From: a virus
Lineage: Duplodnaviria; Caudoviricetes
Length of the DNA: 62,515 nt
IMG/VR virus record: IMGVR_UViG_3300028586_000413
Location: 1-62,515 of that record
Strand: one strand, 5' to 3'
The notes below the pieces were generated by a model. The model was not told where the DNA came from, made no database searches, and worked only from the letters and a program-made list of their open reading frames with translations. Both the position numbers and the translations under genes were made by a program. Shown one piece after another: positions 34,299 to 43,437 of this stretch; position 1 is the first letter of the stretch; the number at the start of each line of letters is the position of its first letter.

Positions 34299-34511
34299 AT
34301 GAAGCGCAAGATCGTTATCAAATCGTCGTCGATTCAGACTCGCTCGCCGGTTGGATTCGCCATCGTGTTCTGGCTGCTGTTGGACCGCCTGGATGCGCCG
34401 GGATGGGCCTTTGGCGTGCTCTGGACGTTCGTCGGGTTGCTCGCGCTTGCCTACATCGCGTCGTTCTGGACCGAGTCCGCCCGCGATGTTCCTGGCTTCG
34501 GGGAGAAATAG
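34299..34511 (+). CDS. Small two-TM membrane protein
   Basis: aggt RBS, hydrophobic helices. Confidence 0.55.
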   Translation: MKRKIVIKSSSIQTRSPVGFAIVFWLLLDRLDAPGWAFGVLWTFVGLLALAYIASFWTESARDVPGFGEK

Positions 34512-34598
34512 CGTGAGCGTCGAGGACGAACTGGCGTGGCTGCGCTACACGGTGCAGCGTCAGCGCGAGCAGGTTGCCGACCACGCACGAGGTAATGC

Positions 34599-34904
34599 AT
34601 GAACGATACTGCCCACATCTACCGAGCCGAGATACTCCGCGCCGTCCTGGGCGGCAACCCGCCGCCGGCCAAGGCGCATGACCTGACCCGCCTGAACCAG
34701 ATCGCCGTGCACCTCGCAGAGTGCGAGGAAGCGCAGACGATACTGCGTGCAAAGGGCCACGGCCGCGCCGGCATGTCGTTCGTCGACATGGCGCGCAGCG
34801 TGCCCGAGAACGTCAAGCAGATCCTGCGCGACATCTTCAAGTCGAAGCCGACGCAGGCCGCACCCGACATCTCCGAGGCGCATGAACCATGGAAGGCGAG
34901 CTGA
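34599..34904 (+). CDS. Hypothetical phage protein
   Basis: gaggt RBS, coupled ORF. Confidence 0.6.
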   Translation: MNDTAHIYRAEILRAVLGGNPPPAKAHDLTRLNQIAVHLAECEEAQTILRAKGHGRAGMSFVDMARSVPENVKQILRDIFKSKPTQAAPDISEAHEPWKAS

Positions 34905-35070
34905 TGGCCACGGCGAAATTCAAGCTGCGCACCCGCGTTGCGTGGTGGGTTCGGCCCGCCCTCGCGGCGGCCATCGTGCTGGCCATGCTGGCCGATCGTT
35001 GGATCGACGCCATCGTTGACCATGGCATGAAGATCGAGCTGGAGTGAAGCAGGCCTTTGGCCCGCAAAGA

Positions 35071-35283
35071 TCAGATGGTGAGCTTGAAGATCGCCAGCTC
35101 TTCATCCGACGCTTCGATAGCGACCCAGATAGCTAGGAGCAGGCGCCGCACCTGAATGCGGCTATGCCGCTTTGAGCAGACGCGGCGATACGCGCGCAGC
35201 ACTGCGGCGAGTAGCTTCCTGTGGTCGGGGTTAGAGCGATCAATGCGGACGCGGAGCCCGGCTTTTGTTCTGGTTATTATCAT
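35071..35283 (-). CDS. Small basic hypothetical protein (antisense)
   Basis: 70-aa ORF with AT-rich upstream region. Confidence 0.4.
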   Translation of the reverse strand: MIITRTKAGLRVRIDRSNPDHRKLLAAVLRAYRRVCSKRHSRIQVRRLLLAIWVAIEASDEELAIFKLTI

Positions 35284-35361
35284 TTTTGTAGTCCAGTTGG
35301 TTTAAGCCGTCATTCTTAGCGGTCTTGCTCGGCCACGCAATATTTTTATGGAGCCGCTCGA

Positions 35362-35766
35362 ATGCCAGCCCGTCCCAAAACCATCTGCCGTAAGGTCGGC
35401 TGCGGCAAGCTGGTTGACGCGCCTGGGTACTGCGAGAAGCACGCCAAGCAGTCATCTGGCTGGGTGAGAAGCCACGGCGACAAGACGAGCTCCCAGCGCG
35501 GCTACGGCTACGACTGGCAGCAGCGGCGCGAGCGCATCCTGCAGCGAGACTGTGGGCTCTGTCAGATCAAGGGGCCGTCCTGCCGTTTCATTGCAAACGA
35601 GGTCGACCACAAGACCAGCAAAGCAGCCGCCCGAGCGGCAGGCTGGACCAACGATCAGATCGAAGCCGACGTCAACCTCCAGGCGGCCTGCGCGCCCTGC
35701 CACGCGGCCAAGACGCGGGCGGAGAGGGGTGGGGCGGGTCGTATCTCTGGGGCAATTCGGCCCTAG
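35362..35766 (+). CDS. Terminase-associated HNH endonuclease
   Basis: RGYG.DW...R..IL.RD..LC, EVDH, NLQ..C..CH..KT motifs; precedes terS. Confidence 0.9.
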   Translation: MPARPKTICRKVGCGKLVDAPGYCEKHAKQSSGWVRSHGDKTSSQRGYGYDWQQRRERILQRDCGLCQIKGPSCRFIANEVDHKTSKAAARAAGWTNDQIEADVNLQAACAPCHAAKTRAERGGAGRISGAIRP

Positions 35767-35829
35767 ACCGACTAGCTCGTTCTTTTCTTACTTCCGCAAT
35801 TCAGACTTTGGACTTCCAGGAGCGACAGT

Positions 35830-36231
35830 ATGCCCAAACCACGAACCCCCTCGGCGGTTCTGGAGGCGCGGGGTGCTTTCGCCAAGGATCCTGCGCGCCA
35901 GCGCGAGGATTTCCAAGCTGGTGAATTCGACCCGGCGCCGCCCACCTATTTCAAGGCGCACCAAAAAGCAGTCTGGAATGAAATCGTCGGCGTGTTGCCA
36001 GCGACTGTTCTTCAAGCTACGGACCGAATGGCTGTCGAGTTGGCGGCGCGCCTGATTGCTCAGTTCCGCAAGCAGCCGGATGACGAAGTAATTTCAGCCC
36101 AAGTTGCACAGATCCGCACCGCGCTGGCAGTGCTCGGCATGACACCTGCCGACCGCTCGCGCGTCTCGGCCAAGAAAGAGGTGCAAGTCAATCCATTCGC
36201 CGCCCTCATGGGCGACAAGAAGGCGCACTGA
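35830..36231 (+). CDS. terS: Terminase small subunit
   Basis: LGMTPADRSRV...NPF motif; position. Confidence 0.85.
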   Translation: MPKPRTPSAVLEARGAFAKDPARQREDFQAGEFDPAPPTYFKAHQKAVWNEIVGVLPATVLQATDRMAVELAARLIAQFRKQPDDEVISAQVAQIRTALAVLGMTPADRSRVSAKKEVQVNPFAALMGDKKAH

Positions 36232-36233
36232 CG

Positions 36234-37910
36234 ATGCCGGCCGATTTCGTCGGCACGGCACAGGAATATGCGCAGGCAGTTGTCAAAGGAAAGATCGTTG
36301 CATGCAAGTGGGTAAGGCTGGCATGCAAAAAGCACCTGGACGACTTGAAGGCCAGCCGACGGAAAGCATTCCCGTACTACTTCGACCCGGCGGCAGCCAA
36401 CAAGGTCTGCACGTTCCTGTCGCTGATGCCTCACACCAAGGGCAAGTGGGCCAGGAAGCGCGAGACGATCACGCTCGAGCCTTGGCAGTGTTTCGCGTTC
36501 GTAGCCTTGTTCGGCTGGAAGATCAAAAAGAACGATCGCCGCCGTTATCGGAAGGCCTATTTCGCAGTGCCGCGGAAAAACGGCAAGTCAATCATCGGGT
36601 CCGGCATCGGCTTGTATATGTTTTCGGTCGACGGCGAATTTGGCGCCGAGGTGTATTCCGGTGCGACGACCGAAGCGCAGGCCTGGGAAGTCTTCCGGCC
36701 AGCCAAGCAGATGCTCGAGCGCACCCCAGAGCTGCAGCAGGCGCTGGGTGCCGAAGTCTGGGCTAAGGCGCTCCTCGTGCCGTCTGACGGGTCACGATTC
36801 GAGCCAGTGATTGGAAAGCCTGGCGACGGAGCTTCTCCATCATGCGCGATCGTGGATGAATATCACGAGCACGACACGTCCGAGCTGGTCGACACGATGG
36901 AGACTGGCATGGGCGCGCGCGAGCAGCCCTTGCTGCTCATGATTACGACCGCCGGCTTCAACATCGCCGGACCGTGCTACGACCAGGAGATGGACGCCAA
37001 GAAGATGCTCGACGGCGTGCTGGACGACCCGGAGCTGTTCGCCCTGATCTACACGATCGACGACGGGGACGACTGGACCAGCCCGGCGGTGCTTCGCAAG
37101 GCCAATCCGAATTTCGGCATCTCGGTCGACGAAGACTTCCTGCTTAGTCAGCAACGGCAAGCAGTGCAGAGTGCGTCGAAGCAAACCCGCTTCAAAACCA
37201 AGCATCTGAACATCTGGTGCTCGGCCAAGTCGGCTTGGCTGAATATCCTCGAATGGAATAAGTGCGCTGACCCGCAGTTGCGCATCGATCAGTTTAAGGG
37301 TGAGCGTTGCTACCTGACGCTCGACCTGGCCAGCCGTTCCGACGTGTGCGTGATCATGCTCGTGTTCGTCCGCGAGATCGAAGGAAAGCAGCATTTCTAC
37401 CTGTTCGGCCAATACCACCTGCCCGAGCATGCGATCGAGAACGATCCGAAGAATTCCGGCGCTTATCGGAAGTGGGTGATCGACGGGTTCTTGCAGCAGC
37501 ACGAGGGCGCCGAGATTGATTTCGATCTGATCGAGGAGGAGACGCTCGCGCTGATCGCGGAATACGGTCCGGAAGAGGTCGTGTTCGATCCGTGGCGCGC
37601 CGCGCAGCTTGAGCAGCGCCTCACGAAAAACGGCGTAAATACGGTAGAGCTAGGCCAGACCGTCAAAAACCTGTCGCTCCCGATGAAAGAATTCGAGAGC
37701 GCGGTGAAGGCTGGCCGCGCGCACCACGACGGCAACCCGCTCCTGACTTGGATGGCTTCAAACGTCGTCGCCAAGCTCGATGCGAAAGACAACATCTACC
37801 CGCGCAAAGACAAGCCGGAGCAGAAGATCGACGGCATCGTCGCAACAATCATGGGTGTGGCTCGCGCCATGAGCAGTGAAGGCGAGGGCGCATCGTTCTG
37901 GGAGTCCTGA
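36234..37910 (+). CDS. terL: Terminase large subunit (HK97-like)
   Basis: LEPWQ, VPRKNGKS, IVDEYH, ITTAG, KIDG motifs. Confidence 0.96.
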   Translation: MPADFVGTAQEYAQAVVKGKIVACKWVRLACKKHLDDLKASRRKAFPYYFDPAAANKVCTFLSLMPHTKGKWARKRETITLEPWQCFAFVALFGWKIKKNDRRRYRKAYFAVPRKNGKSIIGSGIGLYMFSVDGEFGAEVYSGATTEAQAWEVFRPAKQMLERTPELQQALGAEVWAKALLVPSDGSRFEPVIGKPGDGASPSCAIVDEYHEHDTSELVDTMETGMGAREQPLLLMITTAGFNIAGPCYDQEMDAKKMLDGVLDDPELFALIYTIDDGDDWTSPAVLRKANPNFGISVDEDFLLSQQRQAVQSASKQTRFKTKHLNIWCSAKSAWLNILEWNKCADPQLRIDQFKGERCYLTLDLASRSDVCVIMLVFVREIEGKQHFYLFGQYHLPEHAIENDPKNSGAYRKWVIDGFLQQHEGAEIDFDLIEEETLALIAEYGPEEVVFDPWRAAQLEQRLTKNGVNTVELGQTVKNLSLPMKEFESAVKAGRAHHDGNPLLTWMASNVVAKLDAKDNIYPRKDKPEQKIDGIVATIMGVARAMSSEGEGASFWES

Positions 37911-38086
37911 TGAAAACACTGAGCAAATTGGCTCCCGATGCCCTCATTGTCGTCGGCGCAGCGGCGTTCGCGTTCGGCGTCGGCCTGCTGCACCCAGCCG
38001 CTGGATGCATCGCAGCTGGCATTCTGATGATGGTCGGCGGCGTCTTGGCCAGCGTGAATTCCACGCGCACCAAGGTGGAGGACTGA
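37910..38086 (+). CDS. Small membrane protein between terL and portal
   Basis: 58-aa hydrophobic ORF coupled at both ends (TGATG). Confidence 0.65.
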   Translation: MKTLSKLAPDALIVVGAAAFAFGVGLLHPAAGCIAAGILMMVGGVLASVNSTRTKVED

Positions 38087-39318
38087 TGTCGATCTTTGTT
38101 CCAGCCACCTCTGGCCGGCGAAATGAGGCGTTCAAGGAGCCATTCTGGCAAGAGATGGCGGGATGGCTCTCGTCCGCGACCGGGCGTGCGGTGAATGTGC
38201 GTACTGCGATCCAGGTGGCCACGGTCTTCTCCTGCTGCCGAGTGATCGGCAACGGCATGGCCCAGGTCCCTTTCAAGCTGATGCAGGAGGTGCGCGGCCG
38301 CCGCGTAGCTGCGAAGTGGCACGTGCTGTACCGGATGCTGTCGCTGAAGCCGAACGACTGGCAGACCAGCTTCGAGTTTCGACAGATGCTGGCTTGGCAC
38401 ATCGAGCTGTGCGGGCAGGCCTTCGTGTTCAAGAACTTAAGCATGACGGGGAAAATCCTCGAGCTGATTCCGTTCGCTCCTGGGCAGGTCCTGGTGCGCC
38501 GCGATGCGCAGACACTGGAAATCTTCTATGACGTCTACGGGACGGATGGGACCTTCAAGACCTTCACCCGGAAGCACATCTGGCATCTGCGCGGCCCTAC
38601 GCTGGATGGCGTCGAAGGGCTGGACGTCATAAAGCTGGCGCGCGAGGCGATCGGGCTGGCGCTGGCCACAGAGGAAACGGCAGCACAGCTGCACAAGAAC
38701 GGGATCCGCAATTCGGGGATCTACTCGGTTGAGGGGACGCTCGATAAAAAGCAGCACGATGATCTAACTGCCTGGGTGGTCAAGCAGTTCGCTGGCGCGC
38801 AGAACGCCGGCCGGCCGATGATCCTCGACCGCAATGCGAAATTCCTCAATACGTCCATGAGCAGCGTCGACGCTCAGGCGAATGAGACACGCAAGCTGCA
38901 GATCGAACAGATCTGCTCGTTCTTCGGGGTCCTGCCGATCAAGGTCGGCTTCTCGGACAAAACCGCAACGTTCGCCAGCGCCGAGGAGATGAACCGCGCG
39001 CACCGCGAAGATTGCCTGGCGCCGCGCTGGGAGGCGTTCGAGCAGTCGGCGGTGATCAACCTTCTATCCGAGGCGGAGATCGATGAAGGGTATTACACCA
39101 ACTTCACCGAAGAAGGGATGCTGCGCGGATCCGCAAAGGATACGAAGGACATCATCCTGGGCTATGTGAATGGTGGCCTCCTGACACCGAACGAAGGGCG
39201 AGGGCTGCTTGACAGGAACCCTGACGACGACCCTGCCAGCAACCATCTGCGCATCCCCGCAAACATCGTCGGCGAGCAGAAGCCCGTCGAGCCTGAAAAA
39301 CCAGCTCCCCAAGAGTGA
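38086..39318 (+). CDS. Portal protein (HK97 family)
   Basis: VFSCCRVI, PNDWQT.FEF, IWHLR, LTPNE.R motifs. Confidence 0.95.
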   Translation: MSIFVPATSGRRNEAFKEPFWQEMAGWLSSATGRAVNVRTAIQVATVFSCCRVIGNGMAQVPFKLMQEVRGRRVAAKWHVLYRMLSLKPNDWQTSFEFRQMLAWHIELCGQAFVFKNLSMTGKILELIPFAPGQVLVRRDAQTLEIFYDVYGTDGTFKTFTRKHIWHLRGPTLDGVEGLDVIKLAREAIGLALATEETAAQLHKNGIRNSGIYSVEGTLDKKQHDDLTAWVVKQFAGAQNAGRPMILDRNAKFLNTSMSSVDAQANETRKLQIEQICSFFGVLPIKVGFSDKTATFASAEEMNRAHREDCLAPRWEAFEQSAVINLLSEAEIDEGYYTNFTEEGMLRGSAKDTKDIILGYVNGGLLTPNEGRGLLDRNPDDDPASNHLRIPANIVGEQKPVEPEKPAPQE

Positions 39319-39324
39319 TCCAGT

Positions 39325-40338
39325 ATGCCCAAAATGAATATGCAGCCGCGCGCTGCAGGACGAGTGCTGTCCGCAGCAAATGAACGCGCGCTGCGCGAGG
39401 CGCGGGACAGCCTCGATACCGTCCTCTCGCAGCTGGCGCAGGAAGACCCGGCAGATGCTGGCTCTTTCCGCTACGTCAACCGGATGGCGCTAAAGCCTGG
39501 ACAGGTCCGAATCAATGCTGCTTCCGACGACAGCCCCGCCGAGGTTCTGATCTACGGCGACATCGGCGGCGGGTGGTATGACGAAGGCATCACCGGCGAG
39601 TCGATCTCGAACCAGATCGCCGCGCTGGACGTCGACGAGATCCACGTGCGCATCAACAGCGGCGGCGGACTGGTGTTCGAAGGCCTGGCCATCTACCAGG
39701 CATTCGCACGGCATGCCGCGAAGATCATCGTCCACATCGACAGCATTGCCGCCTCAATCGCGAGCGTTATCGCAATGGCTGGCGACGAGATCCGCATTAG
39801 CGAGGGCGCCAACCTGATGATCCACAAGCCGTGGTCCGGCATGTGGGGCGATGCGGACGCGATGCGCAAGGAGGCGGACATCCTCGACCAGCTGCAGGCC
39901 GGGCTGATCAACATCTACGAGGCCCGCACCGACGCCAAGCGCGCCGACCTCGAAACCTGGGTCAACGCAGAAACGTGGTTCCTCGGGCAGCAGGCTGTCG
40001 ATGCCGGCTTCGCCGACGTGCTGGTGCCGGCCAAGAAGAAGAAGGCCGCCAACTCGGCGATGCTGAACCTCTTCAAGAACACCCCCCAGAACCTGCTGGC
40101 ATCCGCTGGCGGCCCCGAAATTCGTGAGTTCGAAGCCTATCTGCGCGATGCAGAGGGGATGTCGCACGCACAAGCAAAGCGCATCGCAGCAGCGGTGCCA
40201 AAGGCGAATCGCGACGATTCGCCGAACCCGTCAGTACAGCCCCTCCGTGATGGTGGGGAATCTGCGGATGAGCAGCGCTCGGCGGCCCGCCGCCTGGCGC
40301 AGGGCATCAAACAACTTACCTCCACCATCAAGGAATGA
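39325..40338 (+). CDS. ClpP-type head maturation protease
   Basis: RINSGGG.VFEG, AASIASVI, MIHKP, ETWF..QQAV..GFAD motifs. Confidence 0.93.
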   Translation: MPKMNMQPRAAGRVLSAANERALREARDSLDTVLSQLAQEDPADAGSFRYVNRMALKPGQVRINAASDDSPAEVLIYGDIGGGWYDEGITGESISNQIAALDVDEIHVRINSGGGLVFEGLAIYQAFARHAAKIIVHIDSIAASIASVIAMAGDEIRISEGANLMIHKPWSGMWGDADAMRKEADILDQLQAGLINIYEARTDAKRADLETWVNAETWFLGQQAVDAGFADVLVPAKKKKAANSAMLNLFKNTPQNLLASAGGPEIREFEAYLRDAEGMSHAQAKRIAAAVPKANRDDSPNPSVQPLRDGGESADEQRSAARRLAQGIKQLTSTIKE

Positions 40339-40340
40339 CC

Positions 40341-41570
40341 ATGGCAGATAAAGACGCCGTTCAAGAAGTAATGGAAGCGTTCACCGAGTTCAAGAAAACG
40401 AACGACGCGAACCAGAGCAAACGCAGCGCGGACCTGGACGCGAAGCTCGACAAGATCAACGCTGCTCTCGACAAGCACGAAGGCTCGAATCAGCAGCTGA
40501 TGCTGATCGAGAAGCAGAACAAAGCGATGCAGGACCAGCTGGACGCCATCGAGAAGATTGCAAACCGCGCTGGCCTGGGCGGCGCTGCCGATCCGCAAGC
40601 GAAGGCAGCCAAGGAATACATGGAGGCGTTTGACCGCTCGATGCGCCGCGCCGCTGGCGACCGTGATCCAGCCGACTTGGCGCTTCTGCGTGAGCGCTCG
40701 GCGGCCCTGGTCAAGAGCGATGACGCAAGCGCTGGCTACCTGCTGGCGCCACCGGAAATGCAGAAGGAGATCATCAAAAACGTGATCGAGCTCACTCCGA
40801 TTCGTGCTCTGGCCACCGTCCGCACGATCGGCGTCGGCAGCCTGAAGATGCCGAAGAAGACCGGCAACGGCGCCGCATCGCGCGTCGGCGAGACTGCGAA
40901 GCGCACTAATACCGGGGACCCCGAGTACGGCATGCTGGAGTTCTTCGCTCCAGAGATGTTCGCCCGCATCGAAGTGTCCCAGCAGATGCTGGAAGACGCA
41001 GACTATGATCTGTTCGCCGAGCTGCGCGAGGACGCTTCGGAGCAGTTCGCCGTGCGCGAGGGGCAGGAATCGATCAGCGGTACCGGCGGCTCGGCGCAGA
41101 TGGAAGGCATTCTGACCAATACCGGAATCGGCTTCACCCTGAGCGGTGATGCAGCGAAGCTCACGGCCGATGGCCTGATCTCGCTGTTCCACGATCTGAA
41201 GACGGCACATGCCCGCAATGCGATCTGGGGCCTGAATCGCAACACCCTCGGCCAGGTTCGCAAGCTGAAGGACGCCAGCAACCAGTACCTGTGGGCGCCC
41301 GGCATCGCGAATGGCGCGCCGAACACCATCTTGGGTGGCGCATATGCCGAAATGGCCGACATGCCCAACGTCGCCGCCAACGCCTTCCCGATCGTCTTCG
41401 CTGACTTCAAGAAGCTGTATGTCATCGTCGATCGCGTGAATGTGTCGCTGCAGGCTGACTACACCACCGGCGCCGATGATGGCCTGGTCGTGTTCCGTGC
41501 TCGCCGTCGTGTTGGCGGCGGCGTCCGTCAGGCGGAAGCAGGTCGCAAACTGAAGATCGCTGCAGCGTAA
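40341..41570 (+). CDS. Major capsid protein (HK97 fold)
   Basis: Coiled-coil delta domain, GYL.PPE, SQQMLED, KLKD...QYLW motifs. Confidence 0.95.
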   Translation: MADKDAVQEVMEAFTEFKKTNDANQSKRSADLDAKLDKINAALDKHEGSNQQLMLIEKQNKAMQDQLDAIEKIANRAGLGGAADPQAKAAKEYMEAFDRSMRRAAGDRDPADLALLRERSAALVKSDDASAGYLLAPPEMQKEIIKNVIELTPIRALATVRTIGVGSLKMPKKTGNGAASRVGETAKRTNTGDPEYGMLEFFAPEMFARIEVSQQMLEDADYDLFAELREDASEQFAVREGQESISGTGGSAQMEGILTNTGIGFTLSGDAAKLTADGLISLFHDLKTAHARNAIWGLNRNTLGQVRKLKDASNQYLWAPGIANGAPNTILGGAYAEMADMPNVAANAFPIVFADFKKLYVIVDRVNVSLQADYTTGADDGLVVFRARRRVGGGVRQAEAGRKLKIAAA

Positions 41571-41624
41571 TCCATCCACCCCACGGCAGGCCGCGCGGCG
41601 GCCTGCCGTTCATCTGGAGTTGAG

Positions 41625-41927
41625 ATGAAGCTTAAGACAATTATCCCTTTCAGCTGGGCGCACCGCGGGGTCCGCATCGAACACTTCGTAGCCGGGGCGA
41701 TCATCGAGACGGACGACCAAGACCTGGTTACCGTCTCGATAGCCGAGCGCTGGGCAGAGATCGATTCTGGCGGAGCTGCCCCTGTCGATGCGGAAGTGCC
41801 TACCGAAGAGGTTCCAGCACTTGAGGATCCTGCCGTCGATCCAGCGCCCGAGGCGCTAGGCGAAGATGCCCCAGAAGTCCCAGAGGCTCCAGTGGCGCCG
41901 AAGCGCGGTCGCTCGAAGCAGCAATAA
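41625..41927 (+). CDS. Hypothetical protein
   Basis: ggag RBS; acidic Pro-rich tail. Confidence 0.65.
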   Translation: MKLKTIIPFSWAHRGVRIEHFVAGAIIETDDQDLVTVSIAERWAEIDSGGAAPVDAEVPTEEVPALEDPAVDPAPEALGEDAPEVPEAPVAPKRGRSKQQ

Positions 41928-41943
41928 CCCGGGATAAACCGTC

Positions 41944-42219
41944 ATGACCCACCTGCATATGACCCCCGAAGTCTCGACCATCCGCGTGTACGACGCTCCG
42001 GGCGGCTACGAGGCGCGCAGGCCGTACCTGGGAATCATGACGGTCAGCCACCTGTCCGACACGGTCGTCTACCTGCACGGCGCCGTCGGCAAGATCGACC
42101 GCACCACCCACAGGGCGGCCCTAGCCATGCTTCGCGAGCGCGGCGTCACCACGGTGCAGTACGAGCGCCGCGGGCAAATGAAAACCATCGAGCTGGCAAA
42201 GCTGCTCGGAAACGAATAG
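41944..42219 (+). CDS. Hypothetical protein
   Basis: ORF in the late operon. Confidence 0.6.
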   Translation: MTHLHMTPEVSTIRVYDAPGGYEARRPYLGIMTVSHLSDTVVYLHGAVGKIDRTTHRAALAMLRERGVTTVQYERRGQMKTIELAKLLGNE

Positions 42220-42229
42220 AAGGCCGCAA

Positions 42230-42646
42230 ATGGCAAATCTGCAAAAGTTCTCCGGGTTCGCCCGGGCGGTCCTGAATGGCGTGCACAAGTTCGCCTCGGA
42301 CACGTTCAAGGTCGCGCTGACCAATGCGGCGCCGGCGGCATCCGCTGCCGTGCTGACCGACGTCACCCAGACCACCGGCGGCGCGTACACGGCGGGCGGT
42401 TATGTCCTGGACGGCGTCACCCTGACCGATGCCGCCGGCGTGGCCAAGGTGGCGATCACCGACGAAGTGATCACGGCCGCCGGAGGAACCGTGGGCCCGC
42501 TGCGTTTCGCCGTGGTCTACAACGACACCGCCGCCGGCAAACCGCTGGTCGGCTACATCGACTACGGCTCGAGCATCACCCTGGCCGATGGCGAGACCCT
42601 GACGCTGGACTTCGATGCCGACGCCGGCGTCCTGACCCTAGCCTGA
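42230..42646 (+). CDS. Virion fibre/decoration-like protein
   Basis: FKVALT, GYIDYG.SITL..GETL.LDF motifs. Confidence 0.6.
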   Translation: MANLQKFSGFARAVLNGVHKFASDTFKVALTNAAPAASAAVLTDVTQTTGGAYTAGGYVLDGVTLTDAAGVAKVAITDEVITAAGGTVGPLRFAVVYNDTAAGKPLVGYIDYGSSITLADGETLTLDFDADAGVLTLA

Positions 42647-42648
42647 CC

Positions 42649-43071
42649 ATGACCCCAGCACAACAAGCAGAGCTGCGCCAGGCGGCGCACTCGCGACCGG
42701 ACTGCGCCGCAGCGCTGGCGGCCAAGGACTGCGAGGCCCTGGCCGTCCTGCTGTCCGCCGGCCGCAGCTGCGGCAACGAGCGCGAGGTCGGCTACGGCAC
42801 GATCATCGAGACGATCGGGTTCGAGTCGGGCAACGATCTGATCGACTTCCTCAAGGCCGCGCCGGCGATGCGCCACGTGGTGCCGCTGCTCGATCAGGGC
42901 CGCCTGCGCATCGGCGCGCCGCTGGTGCAGTCGACGCTGCAGTCGTTCGTCAACGGCCCGATCGACCAGGCGGAAGCCGACGCGCTGTGCGCCCTGGGCC
43001 TGCAGCCTGACCCGCTCACCGCGCGCCAGGTGGCCGAAGCGCTGTTTCACGAAGACGGAAGCGAGAAATAA
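42649..43071 (+). CDS. Hypothetical virion-associated protein
   Basis: Coupled ORF. Confidence 0.6.
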   Translation: MTPAQQAELRQAAHSRPDCAAALAAKDCEALAVLLSAGRSCGNEREVGYGTIIETIGFESGNDLIDFLKAAPAMRHVVPLLDQGRLRIGAPLVQSTLQSFVNGPIDQAEADALCALGLQPDPLTARQVAEALFHEDGSEK

Positions 43072-43436
43072 TGGCGATCAACAAACAAGCCGTCGCGATC
43101 CTGGCGCCGACCAATGTCCCAGCCGGTACCAGCTCGGCGGCACCGGTCGCCGGCACCGCCGTCGACGTACGAGCCTTCGCCGGCGGCGAGTGGGGCTACA
43201 AGATCACCAACGGATCGGCCGCACCGACCGTGGGCTGCACCATCGTGCTGCAGGTTTCGCCGGATGGCGCGAACTGGTTTGACTTCTACACCGCGTCCAG
43301 CAACACCGCCGCGAGCGGTGGTGGCAGCGGCACGGTGACCATGACCCGTGGCGTGATGTACGCGCGAATGATCGCCTACGGCAACACCACCAATGCGGTG
43401 ATGGCCGAGTCGAGCATCCAGGCCGTGGTGGGCTGA
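43071..43436 (+). CDS. Hypothetical beta-rich virion protein
   Basis: LQVSPDGANW motif. Confidence 0.6.
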   Translation: MAINKQAVAILAPTNVPAGTSSAAPVAGTAVDVRAFAGGEWGYKITNGSAAPTVGCTIVLQVSPDGANWFDFYTASSNTAASGGGSGTVTMTRGVMYARMIAYGNTTNAVMAESSIQAVVG

Positions 43437-43437
43437 C

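Noticed and set aside
35720-35825. Exact cos site
   Set aside because: Position between HNH and terS fits, but the cut site cannot be determined from sequence alone
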